In this document: in pieces, positions 1 through 12,308 of the stretch
Numbering within the stretch: the stretch's first letter is position 1
Layout: each line of letters opens with the position of its first letter
Origin: Octopus sinensis
Lineage: Eukaryota
Direction of reading: 5' to 3'
Assembly: GCF_006345805.1 (NCBI RefSeq)
Contig: NC_042997.1
Location: forward strand, 199,950,001-200,014,000
DNA length: 64,000 nucleotides
Program-made: the position numbers and the translations under genes
Notes under the pieces: model-generated
Databases searched by the model: none
Told to the model about the DNA's origin: nothing
The model's input: only the letters and a program-made list of their open reading frames with translations

Positions 1-354
1 GGCAATGATCTATTGATTTTTTTCAGGACCATCATTGATAATGTTTTGAACCTGTTGGATGAATTGCCATGTCATTATAATGACCCAAACAATGTTTTAT
101 TTTCTCTTTGATACAGTTGACTCATTCCCACCAGAGACTTCCAATTCTATTCAGACTTGGTGTACAAAAGATATCGTAACATTTAGAAAGTTGGCAATTT
201 TTAAATCACTGTGTTCTGCACATATACCAACAATGACTTTTAGTCTTTTCATTTCTTGTATTAGCATTTTATCTACCATGGGAAATCTTACAAAAAAAAA
301 TTCAGTTGGAGCGAGTAATGTACTGATGATTGTCCTCAATTATCATCCACCCTG
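1..354 (-). mobile_element. Tc1/mariner superfamily (DD37D/maT-like) transposon, 5' end and N-terminal HTH remnant
   Basis: Minus strand starts TA|CAGGGTGGATG (TA at 355-356). ORF 151-339 ends AEHSDLKIANFLNVTISFVHQV, resembling a transposase HTH. Runs off the window start. Confidence 0.7.
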
Positions 355-489
355 TATACTGGATGTAAATGTGTGATTGTGTGTGCATCAAGTAAGTATT
401 GTACACAGCTCCCTCACCCTTAATCACGAGCAACATTCACCTTGTGTTTTCAAACTCACTTCACTTGTTAAATCTTAGTATGACCGGAA

Positions 490-1020
490 GTCTTTCTTAG
501 TGAGAACATATCCTAAACATGGCAAAAACTGCATGTCAGTGAGCATCCCCTCTCTTTAGGACAACAAAATACTACAGACTCCAACAATTAGTGATACCCT
601 ACAAAACTCTAGTGAGATCCACCATGAAGTATTGCTTTCACACCTGGAACTGTGCTGCTGCTGCATACATTAACATCCTATACAACATCCAGAAATGGGC
701 AGGCATCCAACTGCCATAAACTTACTCACAGATACGCACCAGCTCCTTGCCCACTAGCACACTGTCTACTTTTTTTCTCTGCTTTTCTACAGCCACTTTA
801 ATGGCTTCTGCTACTCAAAGGTGGCTTGGCTTAGATAATCCCCATCTTATTCTCTCTTCATTTTCCTATTTTTGTATCCAACCACACCAGATTTCACACT
901 AATTACAGTCCACAGTTCCTTCCTCTCAGAACATTGGTCCCCAGGAATGCTTTCCCAGCCAAGTCTTTTCTGCAAATGTTAACTTACAAAGCTTCAAGAA
1001 AATCATTAATGACATTAGTC
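490..1020 (+). mobile_element. Degraded CR1/L2-type LINE, 3' part of ORF2
   Basis: Manual translation gives LVIPYKTLVRSTMKYCFHTW...ILYNIQKWA and ..NVNLQSFKK, matching the YKxxVRPxxEY...LxxIQRRA and NLQxFK C-terminal motifs, with frameshifts. Confidence 0.65.
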
Positions 1021-1119
1021 CGACCAGAGCTGGAGGTCATGTCAAGGCAATGGGAACTGCTCTTTCCTACAGTAAAAATATAAGTGTAAGGTTGTAACAA
1101 CCCGTTAGTCTTGCCAAGG

Positions 1120-1345
1120 ATATAACATCTCTCTAGTGCAGCTGCCATGAAGTAAAGCACCCAGTACACATTGTAAAATAGTTGGTGCCAGAAAGGGACT
1201 TCAGTCATAGAAACCAGCCAAAATGAAATGTGAGATGCAGTTCTTCAACACTTCTAAGTGAGCAGTACCACAGAATATGCAGTCACATTGACTGTAGCAT
1301 TCCACTCGACCCATACCAGCATAGAAAAGGGATGTAAAATAGTGA
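1120..1345 (+). repeat. Degenerate copy of the GAT-tailed RTE-related SINE-like repeat
   Basis: Decayed GTTGGTGCCAGAAAGGGAC..TAGAAACC..CCCATACCAGCATAGAAAA motifs shared with the copies at 6080 and 41146. Confidence 0.55.
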
Positions 1346-2249
1346 TCAATATCATGTGTATGTATATAGGTATATTTCTCTAATTTTTTGTGTATATATA
1401 TATTTTATTTGGTATTTAAAGAGTCTTACTGTTGCTTCTAATTACAAACAGAATGCAGATAATACAACCATTCACATACAGCTAACCTTTCCCCATGGAC
1501 ATTATCCAATTTATGACAAATACACAACTTCTATGATTTGTAACATTGACAACAGCCTTCAAATGGGGATACTTAACAGAACTAAGAGCCATTCACTACA
1601 AGTATTATAAAAACCTGTCCACACAAAATTTTTTTTAATTCTTTGTACAAAATAAAAACTTGCAAATATCAAAATGATACAATTTCTGATGATCTTTCAA
1701 AGCAATGTAACCAATATTGCAAGCCAAATATTGACCGTTTACATTAACAGACAATACTTCAGCTCAAATCAGTTCCTCGATAAGGTGTAAGTGTGTCTCA
1801 CACTGCTATTTGGAAGAAAGAAGCTGTTGCATACATTAAAACATTCTACATTGTGTATAAAAGACCAGTTCACTGATTTATATATTTCTATTCCCAGGAC
1901 ATTATAACAAGTGATATTTTATGTTTATCCACTCTCTTCTACCACTATTATCATAGTTCTTACTATTATCTGGTAAAACATGTATCATCACTCTTATTTG
2001 ATGGACCTACTTACCACCATCATCGTCATCAACAGTTTTAAGTATCCACTTTTCCATGCTTGCTTGAGTTAGATGGCTTGTATTGTGATTTTTTGTAGCC
2101 AGATGCCTTTCCTGTCACTAAACCTCACTTGTTTCCCTAGTAAAGTAATATATCTCCACAGAAGTATATATTTCACACAAGACTGGAAATAAGGAACACC
2201 ACTTATATAACAGTGACAATACACATTATTACCACTGAATGTCCATTAT

Positions 2250-2625
2250 CCATGTTGGTATGACGTCCATTATTGAGTTATGTGGGCTTTGTGAGAAGGT
2301 GCTGAGTCTGAGACACATATGGCCTTCTACTGCATACTTCATCCATCAAGGGATTAACAAACAGTTGCCAGCACTGCAATGTATCCAGCAGCATTAATTC
2401 TAAGATCCTGCAGAAAGATCTGGGGTGGCATCATATGACAATTACTCCTAAAACCATTGCAGTTGCTGGAAACGTATGCATCACTCAAGGGGACACTAGG
2501 ATCTGCACATAACCATATCATTTCTCCAATTAGACTTCTGGTTTTGGTCGAAGACTTTTGCTCATCAGGGAAGAACCAATACATGCCATCCATGCCCATG
2601 AAGTTTTTCAATTTTGTTATGCAAT
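2250..2625 (-). mobile_element. DD37D/maT-like transposase catalytic-domain fragment
   Basis: ORF 2354-2635 contains WFFPDEQK, WLCADPS and HMMPPQIFLQDLRINAAGYIAVLATV, matching FFSDEK...WLCADP...MPPHFFxxGLRVNAxxY of maT transposases. Confidence 0.75.
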
Positions 2626-2649
2626 CATTTGTCACACATCAAACAGTTT

Positions 2650-4280
2650 TCCTGTCACAGTGTGACAGGATCCAGCAAGCTGGAGGACTGCAATGGACAA
2701 CAATGTCTACTTTGGCATGGTTTCTACAGCTGGATGATCACCCTTACAATTGCCAACCACTTTAGAGTGCATTGGGTGATTTTTTTAATTATGACACAGG
2801 CACCAGTGATGTCATCAAGTAAAAGAAAAGGTGGGGAAAAAGAAAGCTCCTTTGATTGAATGGGGTTGTAATAGAGGGGGAGATGGCTTTATGACAGGTG
2901 TTGGGAGAGTAAAGTATGAGAGAGACAGGCACAGGTATTTTGCTACAGAAGACATGGCAAACCCATATACAAGTAGGTGCAAGTAACTGGTAAGATGACA
3001 AAGATGATGGTGATGTGATGTTAGAACAAACGCACAAGGTACAAGAAAGTTGAATTGGAATCTCCTATTACATTTCTGTTTCTGCACCCCTCTTGAAAAT
3101 ATTATTGGGGGAGTGAGCTTGCAGAATTGTTACTGTGCCAGACAGTTGAGGATTGGGAACAGTGAGTGAATAAGTTCATGAAAATGTGAGAGGAGAGTAA
3201 CAGATAGTTAGAGATGGGGCAGGGAGGCAACTGTAGTGAATGATGTAAAAGGGTGGAGGTGTGGTCAGTGGTAAATGATATGGGGAGGAGTTTAAAAGAA
3301 ATAGCACAGGAAGTAATAAGTGGCAGTACAGAAAGGGTGAAGAGAGTCAGTGTAATTAGCCAGCTGATGGATCAGAATGTAGGGAAAAGAGAAAGATGTA
3401 AAGGGATAGAGATGGAGATCAGAGGTATGTAGTGGAGGCTGTAGTGAGTAGGAGACAAAGGTGGATGGAGTGTCGATGGTAGACTGAGACAGTGTTGAGA
3501 AGAGTTATTAAAAGGGAAGGATGAAGGTTAAAGATAAGGTATGGCATTCCTAAGATGTAGCTCTGAGGTGGAGAGAGAGAATTGGGGGCATAGAAAGAGG
3601 TGATCGATGGAAAATAAAGTGAGAAAGAATGATACTGAGAATAAGAATTGATGTTAAAAGAAGTGGTTCCAGGGAGAGTGGGGGAGGTAACTAGCAGCAC
3701 AAAGGGGATGAAATATGTGCATATTCTGCTGTCATGGTTACAGCAGCTGAATAGTGTCATTGTTAGGATGGTGATGGAGGGATAAGTGCTAGGAATAGAA
3801 GGAGTGGGTAAAGCATAATAGGGATGGATTTGATGCAGAGACAGAGCCCAGTGAGTATATAGACATAAGCATAATGCTTTTAGGACCTCACTTTTGCCAT
3901 GACAAATGAGTCTTTCTGAGCACAGCAAAATGCCAATCATCTCAGACCTTCCATATCACCACTGTATGGTTTTACATCTTAAGATCAGCATTTGCTACAT
4001 AGGCATATGTCTCACTGGATCTTCCTCTTCCCACTTTATACAATCCATGCTTGTTATAAAGCCATTGTCATCCATACGCATCACATGGCCATACTAGCAC
4101 AGTCTTCTCCCTTCAACACTACATCTGATACCTATTATGCCTAATTTTTCTCTCACAACATTTTCATTTTGCTGTACATACACACTGATGCTGCACATCC
4201 AGCAAAGCATACTAGCTTCATTACCTTTTAGTCTTTACATATCCTTTGCATTTAGGGACGACACCTCACTGTTGCAGTGC
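2650..4280 (-). mobile_element. RTE LINE 3' remnant, followed by a ~1 kb pyrimidine-rich tract and the shared tail
   Basis: 3870-4280 minus encodes decayed RTE C-terminal motifs (RLxxYGHVMRMD). 2830-3860 is strongly purine-rich on +. 2650-2810 is the shared tail block in reverse. Confidence 0.6.
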
Positions 4281-5249
4281 TATTCATATACAAGTATCAT
4301 ACAATCCGCCTTTCATGCAAGACAGATAGATATGCAATGGGCTTCTTTCAGTGCCTACCAAACCTACTCACAAGGATTTGGGTGGCTTGGAACTATATAG
4401 TGGAAGGCACTAGCTAAAGGATCAACGCAATCAGACAGAACCTGAAACCATGTGATTTAGAAATGAACTTATTAACCATGCAACTATGTCTATACTTCTC
4501 TTTCCTGTATCCCAGCCAAACAAACCCCATATTAAACACTTGTCAAACTGTTCCACTTCAGAAGTAAAGCTATCTGGAACTTCTACCAGTCTTGATTTTC
4601 TCGGTAGCCATATGTATTTGCATGTACATGTATTTCTCAGACATCCTTTGTGTATACACATTTCATTCAATACATGTACAGTCTATATATATACTTCTAT
4701 GCTGAGAATATCATTAACGATATTGACATCAACAATTTTGGAAGACTTGCATGAGTTCTGGACACTGCTCTTTTTCCTTCGACTAAATAATAATCTAAAG
4801 AATACCCACCAACCGAGTAAAGAAATATTGAATCTGTAAGTGTATTGATGTAGAGACTTGAGTCAACAAAATCATTTTCAACTTTAAGCTGGCTCAAGTA
4901 AAGAACAATGATATTAAGTATAGAAATGGTATGTAACATTGCAGTTGTGTTAAACGCCAGACAGAAATTCAATTATGTCATTTCTAATCTTCACACTTTC
5001 ACTCTAGGACATCAAAATGTTTAGCAACTTGGATGCAGTAATTCTGAGATTTAATTTCACGTCATTTACAAATGATTTGAATCTTGGAATTTTTAGGTTT
5101 GGCTTTTTTTCTTTTTCTTTATGTGTGTTTTTTTTTTCTTATTCAACAGAAACTTCAGTGTTAATGACCATCATTTCACAGGAGTTGCACACACATTACC
5201 AACTTTGAAGTCAAAGATATTCAGACATTTTATCTAGAAGTATCTATCC

Positions 5250-5825
5250 TCACTATCACCATCATTTTAACATCCACTTTTCTATGCTTGAATGAGTCAG
5301 AATTAAGATTTTTCTACAGCTGGATGCCCTTTGTTCCAACAAACCTTACCCATTTCTTAAAGTAACATTTCCCTATGGTTGGACGTTCCATGAAAGATTG
5401 GAAACAATTACTGCTTGTATGATGGCACCATGTAAATAGCACCCAGTGCTGCCACTATGTAAATAGCACCCAGTGCACTCAGTAAAGTAGCTGGTTTTAA
5501 GAAAGGTATCCAGCTATAGAAACCATGCCAAAACAGACCACTGGAGCCTGATGCAGTCCTTCAGCTTTCCCGCTCTTGACAAACTGTCCGACCCATACCA
5601 GCATGACGATGATGTACAATGTCAAGACAAAGAAACACAAGCACACACAGAATGATGACACATACAGCAGGTTTCTTTCAGTTTCTACCAAACCAATTTC
5701 ACTTACAAGGCAATGATCAACCGGGGGGTAGACAATACAATTGCCTCAAGTGTCACACAGTGGTACTGAACACAAAACCATGTGATTGAGAAGTAAATTT
5801 CTTAACCACTCAACCATATCTAAAC
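5250..5825. repeat. Cluster of degenerate SINE copies (GAT-tailed and tRNA-headed types, both orientations)
   Basis: Motifs CTACAGCTGGATGCCCT, GAAAGGTATCCAGCTATAGAAACC and TTTCTTTCAGTTTCTACC..ACTGAACACAAAACCATGTG. Confidence 0.6.
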
Positions 5826-6079
5826 CTATGTAAATAGTTAATATTTGTAACTAAGGAGCACACAGCCAGTTTTTTCAATGTCTTCTTCTCACTTATAATA
5901 ATATAGCTTCAAATAAGTTTTATGTTATTTCAAACCATGAAGTCTTACACTGATGAGAGAAGAGATATAAATTTCTATAGGTCAGCCTCATCCTGAAATC
6001 ATTGATAATGTGAGGTGTCTCTAATTGGAATCCTAAGCAAATCAGACTAGAGTCATAAAATAATTAATAAGCACATGCA

Positions 6080-6312
6080 TCCGACCGTGACCGTTGCCAG
6101 CCTTGCCTGGCACCTGTGCAGGTGGCACGTAAAAAGCACCCACTACACTCACGGCGTGGTTGGCATTAGGAAGGGCATCCAGCTGTAGAAACATTGCCAG
6201 ATAAGACTGGAACCTGGTGCAGCCTTCTGGCTTCCCAGATCCCCGGTCGAACCATCCAACCCATGCTAGCATGGAGAACGGACGTATGATGATGATGATG
6301 ATGATGATGATA
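6080..6312 (+). mobile_element. Young SINE-like retroelement with RTE-type tail and (GAT)n end
   Basis: GGTTGGCATTAGGAAGGGCATCCAGCTGTAGAAAC core and (TGA)n tail. About 9 mismatches in ~205 bp versus 41183-41387 by eye. Confidence 0.85.
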
Positions 6313-8182
6313 GTTGTATCATTTAAAAACCTTGCTTTGAAGGGATATATGGTTCTGGGTTTGGTTCACCATCTGGCACATTGATAGTGTCCTCTGCTAC
6401 AGTGCTTGGTTGACTAATGGTTTTTTTTTTAGTAGAATTTGATAGGCAGAGACTACTCATCACGTGTGTGTGTTCATCTTTTGCATTCATACTTATATCA
6501 ACCTCTGTGACATTGTAACTTAGAAATTTGACAAAGAGAATTAATAAAATCAGAACCAATCTGAAGTAAGTACTAAGGTTGATATAATTTGGTTAACCTC
6601 TTGAAGACGGTACCCCAGCATGGCCACTTTCATTTCATTTATTAAATAATGAATGTTGTAGATGTTAAATGCTGCTACTGCAGAGGATGACATACAAAAA
6701 AAAGGGGGAAAAAATAGGAAAAGACACAACCGTAATCAGAAATGCTTTCTGTGATAAAATGAACCTGCAACCAATAAAAGAATAGATATTGAACACTAAA
6801 GTATAAATACAGATTGAAAAAAAAAAATCAAAGATATAAATAATAAACATTATCTAAAGTATGGCATAGTGATTGATTGACAATTCATGTAAATGCTAGA
6901 ACAATCAAATTAAAATAGCTCATAGCTAAACTAAAATGGTGCATAGGAATCATACTTGCATAAAAATCCTGCTGTAAACATTTTAATATCCTGTTAGTAT
7001 CCAACAGACAGGAAAAAAAAAAAGATCATCTATGAAAATTGCTTTGTAATGATTAATCTCAAATTTTTCTTTCCAGATCTTGAAAATTTGTGCATTTTAT
7101 CTAAGAAAACTATTATGGTTGTTATTATTATTTTGTAGTATATCATCTTCAATAGCAGCAGCAGCATACTGATGTTGTCCAATGTTATTTAATAAAACAA
7201 GAGAAAAATCAGAGACATAACTAAACTTTGATTTAAATCTAGACAGTTTATATCTTTGAGGTCAATACCTCTGGTGATTTAGCACTATATTGAGTATATC
7301 AATAATTATTATTCAAATTTGCCATATGGTAGTCTATCTTTGCAAATATTCACAAACAGTCTCTCTTCAAAACATTCAGTGATAGAACCAAAATAAAATA
7401 TCTATCCCATTGTTGATTTGTGGTTGATAAATTTAAATGAGTTATTTATGGAAATTCTTAAATAAAGTGATGCTTTATCAAAGATAATTCATCATTATAG
7501 GTTTATGACACTATTGTAGTTATTTAAATATACATAAACAAAAATTGGTCATAGAATATCTCAGAGGTAATATTTAATATTTCCCTCAGTGAATTAGTGT
7601 TTTGTGGGCACATTCATCAGGATTACATTTTAATATAAATTATACCAATAATATCTTGAAATCAAAATGTACAATTTAATGAGGAACTAGAGTTTCAACA
7701 TACATTTATACATAAATTTAAACACATTTAAATGAATATATTAGCATTTTTTAATAGGAACAGAGATTTCTGCAAAAAGTAAGTTATATATTGATTTTCT
7801 TTTTTTACATTCTACTACAGCAGCTGAACAACTTACAGATACTTAACCTAAGGAATTAATATGTCATGTGTAGCCAAGGAATTAATTTGATGTTTCTGTT
7901 GCTCATGCATGTGATATACTGCAAACAAAAGCAATGTTTTCTAAGAAAAAAAAAAAAAATTCAAATTTTACAGAAAGAAGTTTGGAAACGATTACAAATT
8001 TAGATGTAGCTCCTTTACATTATGCACTACTGATTATCATTACTTTTCAAAGTAATGATCCAGTATTAGATTCTTACTCTGAAAACTGAACTAAACTATG
8101 CTTTTTGAATTGTATTTCAAAATTTATCAAGGAATTGTTAATTCTTTGCATTTAAGTCAATTCTGAAATTAAATATGTGCAT

Positions 8183-8183
<1 letters not shown>

Positions 8184-8216
<33 letters not shown>

Positions 8217-8219
8217 TAT
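8184..8219. repeat. (TA)n microsatellite
   Basis: Directly visible. Other TA/CA/TG tracts lie at about 15836, 18576-18673, 19847-19930, 22176, 42765, 51231 and 61604. Confidence 0.95.
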
Positions 8220-8911
8220 TCTTGTATAGATGTCATTGTATATAATTTACATTACTAATTTACAAGAGTATATAAAAATTGCTGGTACTCAACAATTTAT
8301 ACACTTGGCTTAATGTCAATATATTAATATGTTTATTGCAAATAAACTATATTAGAAAGGAAATTCTTTAAAATTCTCAACTTGCATTCATTAAAACAAA
8401 CAAAAAATATATATTGCTATATATACTTCAGAATTATGATGAAAAGTAGTGAAATATTTCAATATTAGAGTGGAAAAACTAAAGTTTCTAACTAAAAGTT
8501 GGTTAGAAACTATTCCATTAGAAATTAAATGCAGACATTTTAATTATGTATATTACACTGGTGTGGAGTTGTGGAATTGTATAATTGTCTAAATTCCCCT
8601 GTTACATTTATCTTTCACAAATTTAACCTGAAATTTAATTGCAAATACTTTCACATACTATTATGTACCTACTCTAGCTTCCTAACGTTCATCACTTGCA
8701 ATGTTTCCAATATTTTTGTTACATCAATATACTTGTTTTTATTTTATTTTTTATAAACTTTTTGCCAACTTTACCAATGGAAATCACAGAACCAATCACA
8801 TCTTATTAGTCCACTTATCACCATATTTCTGCTACCTCATCATTTTATTTGAATAAATAAGCTTGTGCTGTCTGAAATAAAATCATCTCCTTCTCGGTAT
8901 GTTATGTATTC

Positions 8912-9730
8912 ATCATTATTATCAGTTTTCCATGCTGGCATGGGTTTGATGCTTTAATAGGGTCTGTCAAGCCACAGTGCTGAGTCAGGCCTCCATGTCA
9001 GCTTTGAAATGGTTTCTGCAGTTGGATGCTCTTCCTAACACCAACAAATTTACAGCATGTACTGTTGCTTTTTTCATGACACCAGCATTAGCAAGGCCAC
9101 CAGGTAATTTGCAAGACATATTTACAAAAGGGAAAAGCCCTTGTGTGTGTGAGTGACAGTGATTATGAGAAGGGGGGAGATGATAGGTATTGATCGTTGT
9201 AAAGTACAATAGAGAGACAAGTACAGGTATGTTACTATACAAGAAATATATGGCTTCCCTGCATTAAACAAGGGTGGGTGATAGTAGCTGGAAGAGAAAT
9301 AAAGATACTTGTGATGGGATGCCAGAATGTACTCACAAGGCACAAGAAAGTGAAGAGGGAGAATACAGACTGCAGATCAGGAGAGAATGGAAGTGTGGAT
9401 GATTTCATAAGAATGTGGGAGGAGAGTGATAGATGGTTAGAGGTGGGTGTAGTGAGTGATGCAAGAATGTAAAAGTGCAGAGGGTGGTGGTGAGAGAGAT
9501 AGACTGAGTCAGGAAGGATGAAGTGACAAGCATCAGCATAGAAGGTACGGGAAGCAGCAGTGTCCTATCTGGATAGATCAGAGGGTAGGGATAGGTGCAA
9601 CAGTGGCAGGTGAGAGGATGATGAACTATGGTAGAGATGGGTGTTGGAGGTACATAGGGGTGGCTACAGTGAGTCAGATGACCAAGGTGGAAACAAGTAC
9701 AAGAGGGAGTTGAGAATGATAGCTGAGTGT
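8912..9730 (-). mobile_element. Composite retroelement: pyrimidine-rich tract, conserved block and GAT-type tail
   Basis: Same module order as 2650-3860. AGAGAGACAAGTACAGGTATGTTACTATA here matches AGAGAGACAGGCACAGGTATTTTGCTACA near 2920. Confidence 0.65.
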
Positions 9731-9751
9731 TAAACATCAGCAAAATTCATA

Positions 9752-10333
9752 TATTTTGGCTTTTGAAAGGAATTATTTATTCCTTGTGAATTGGAAATTG
9801 TATATTTCTTTGTTTCATAGGAATATGGGGAATTGAAATGAAATTTGAAAATGTGTAACTGGTTACTGTCTTGAAGCTCTCTATTTAATTCAGAAAATTC
9901 TTCAAAACATGACTTCAAAAAGTAAAATCTGGAGGATATAGAATATGCTTCCCATTTAGAGAAATTAATTTCTGCACAATCTTCCTTTATACACAATGAC
10001 AGCTTGAATCAGCTATTTGCAATCACTTGTTTATAAAATATAGTGAATCCATTTCAACCAGAAATACTTGAGTTACATGGCAGGTGTTTAAAGTGATCAG
10101 CACAATATTTGTATACCAAGAACAGTGAATTACAACCACAGACATTCTAGTTATCTGTCAGATTTTAAAATGTACATTACACTTAGGTTATAACCTGTTT
10201 GTATCACCAAACATTACCTTGATGACGAACTTCTAAATTTCTTTCATTTCAATTCAACATATACCTATGAAACAAAGAAATATACAATTTCCAATTCACA
10301 AGGAATAAATAATTCCTTTCAAAAGCCAAAATA
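9752..10333. repeat. Long inverted repeat / candidate foldback MITE
   Basis: 9752-9821 is the exact reverse complement of 10264-10333 (70 bp), extending imperfectly to ~92 bp. CATA is directly repeated at 9748-9751 and 10334-10337. Confidence 0.9.
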
Positions 10334-10724
10334 CATATTAATATGTCAGCTTTCTAGAAAAAGTGTATCCACTATAACATGAGGTTCCAGTGTTGATTTC
10401 ACATAATCAATTGCACAATTACTTTTTTCACATCATATTGAATGCAAACTTACATAAAAGTGCTTTGTTACAGATGTAGGGACTAAATTTCTCACAATAA
10501 TATAGTAGCAAAACTTAAAAACGTATATCTCTCCCCCTCTCTCTCCTCATCACTATCTTTTTGCAGATACTACTGATTCATTCTCACTCTTTCCACTAAA
10601 TGCGAGTAGCTGTATCCCTACAACAAGAACCTGCTCTACCCCAACCTCTTATCTCAAACCTTAACCCCATCTAACATAAGGGTGTCCACAACCTCTCCTC
10701 ATGCTTTGCATACTAGCAAGCTCA

Positions 10725-11375
10725 AGAGTGTCAGTGGCATAAAAATAGTACCCCATACACACTGTAGAGTGGTTGGCATTAGCAGGGCATCCAGTTGAAA
10801 AAACAATGCCAAAGCAGACACTGAAGCACAATGCAGTTCTTGGATTAATCAGGTCCTTGTCAAACCATCCCATCTACCCAACCCAGTATGGAACATAGAT
10901 GTTAAGCAATGATTTTATATTTCTATATATACAAAACTTATGCTCACCTGGTTGCTCCTTGAGTTTCCACTGGCACTATCACTACCTTTCACTTATCTCC
11001 TTCAATCATGTATCTCCTCTATAGCAAAACACCTGTGCTTATCCCTCTATCATACTTTAGCCTTTCAACACTCAGCATAAAGCCACCACCTTTACCTTCT
11101 CCTTCCAAATACCTCCTCTTAATAGTCGGAGCTTTTCCCCTTTCCTTTTCCTCTTCTGTTCTTTTCTGTCTTGCAACATCACTAGAACTGGTGAACAATA
11201 AAAGCACGAAGTACATTTTGTAAAGTGTTTAGTATCAGGAAGGGTATCCAACCATAGAAACTATCCCTAAGATGACATTGGAGCTTGGTGAAATCCTACA
11301 GCTCACCAGTTCCCTATCAAACCATCCAACCCATGCCAGCATGGAAAGCAGGCATTAAATGATGAAGATGAAGAA
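10725..11375 (+). repeat. Two tandem copies of the GAT-tailed repeat; the second carries the CT-rich module
   Basis: Core motif near 10770 and 11235. CT-rich block 10960-11180 with AAACACCTGTGCTTATCCCTCT. Tail GATGAAGATG. Confidence 0.7.
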
Positions 11376-11479
11376 AGCTTTTGATATATTCTTATTATTG
11401 ACAAGGATCCTTCACCTATAGATATATAAAAAGTATAGAAATTAGATTTAATTTAAATCTACTTTTGATACTATTTATA

Positions 11480-11718
11480 CAGGGTGGGGATGCAAAAGTA
11501 GGTATACAGTAAGTATCATAACAAAGTTATCATATTTAATTCATTAAAATTATTAACACATTAGATTAGTTAGCCTCATTTTCAGTGTCATTAATCATAA
11601 TACATTTATTATAACTATAATACTTTTATTGTAACTTTATCTTTTTGATAAAAATAAATGAGTATTGTACATATTTTCTTTTTTTTCATAACTGTATACC
11701 TACTTTTGCACTACCCTG
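11480..11718. mobile_element. Tc1/mariner-type MITE
   Basis: TA|CAGGGTGGGGATGCAAAAGTAGGTATACAGT ... ACTGTATACCTACTTTTGCACTACCCTG|TA, with an AT-rich non-coding interior. Confidence 0.85.
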
Positions 11719-12004
11719 TATGTTTTTCCAACTAGTAAGTCCACAAGTCTGTACAAATTTAGATATGAAGGTCAACGAACTTGATAAATCTCAGTTAATT
11801 AAAATGTCAACCTTTGGATAAATTTTCATAAAATAGAACTACATTTCTTTCTTTGATAACTACTTCTGCAATATTTTAATGACTTGTCTTTGGCAACTTT
11901 AACTGAGAATAGTAAAATTAAATCAGTTGTGTAAGACGGGGATTTATACTGGAATGTGTTAATTTTGAGGAGTTTCAGAATAGGAAGTAAAAAACATGAA
12001 ATCA

Positions 12005-12308
12005 TGCCAGTGGCACATAAAAAGCACCATCTGAGCATGGTCGGTGCCAGTGCTGCCTGACTGGCATCCATGCTGGTGGCAAATAAAAAGCACCACTCAA
12101 GCATGGCTGATGCTAGTGCTGGTGGCATGTAAAAAGCACCCACTACATTTTTGGAGTGGTTGGTGTTAGGAAGTGCATCCAGCTGTAGAAACCTTGCCAA
12201 ATCAGATTGGAGCCTGATGCAGCCTCCTGGCTTTCCAGTCCCCAGTCAAACCATTCAACAAATGCCAGCATGGAAAGCAGACATTAAACAACAACAATGA
12301 TGATGATA
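12005..12308 (+). repeat. GAT-tailed SINE-like repeat with three internal TGGCAnnTAAAAAGCACC units
   Basis: Units near 12011, 12077 and 12123, followed by the core and tail. Confidence 0.8.

Noticed and set aside
3419-3940. Longest ORF in the track (173 aa)
   Set aside because: It arises from the stop-poor pyrimidine-rich strand of a low-complexity tract and has no domain motif.
6042-6272. Recurrent MLAWVG...WFLQLDALPNANH peptides suggesting a gene family
   Set aside because: They are antisense translations of the same SINE-like repeat (also at 11826, 26874, 41102, 44434).
10218-10264. 47-nt minus-strand AG...GT exon candidate inside the inverted repeat
   Set aside because: Stop codons in all three frames; at most a non-coding exon.
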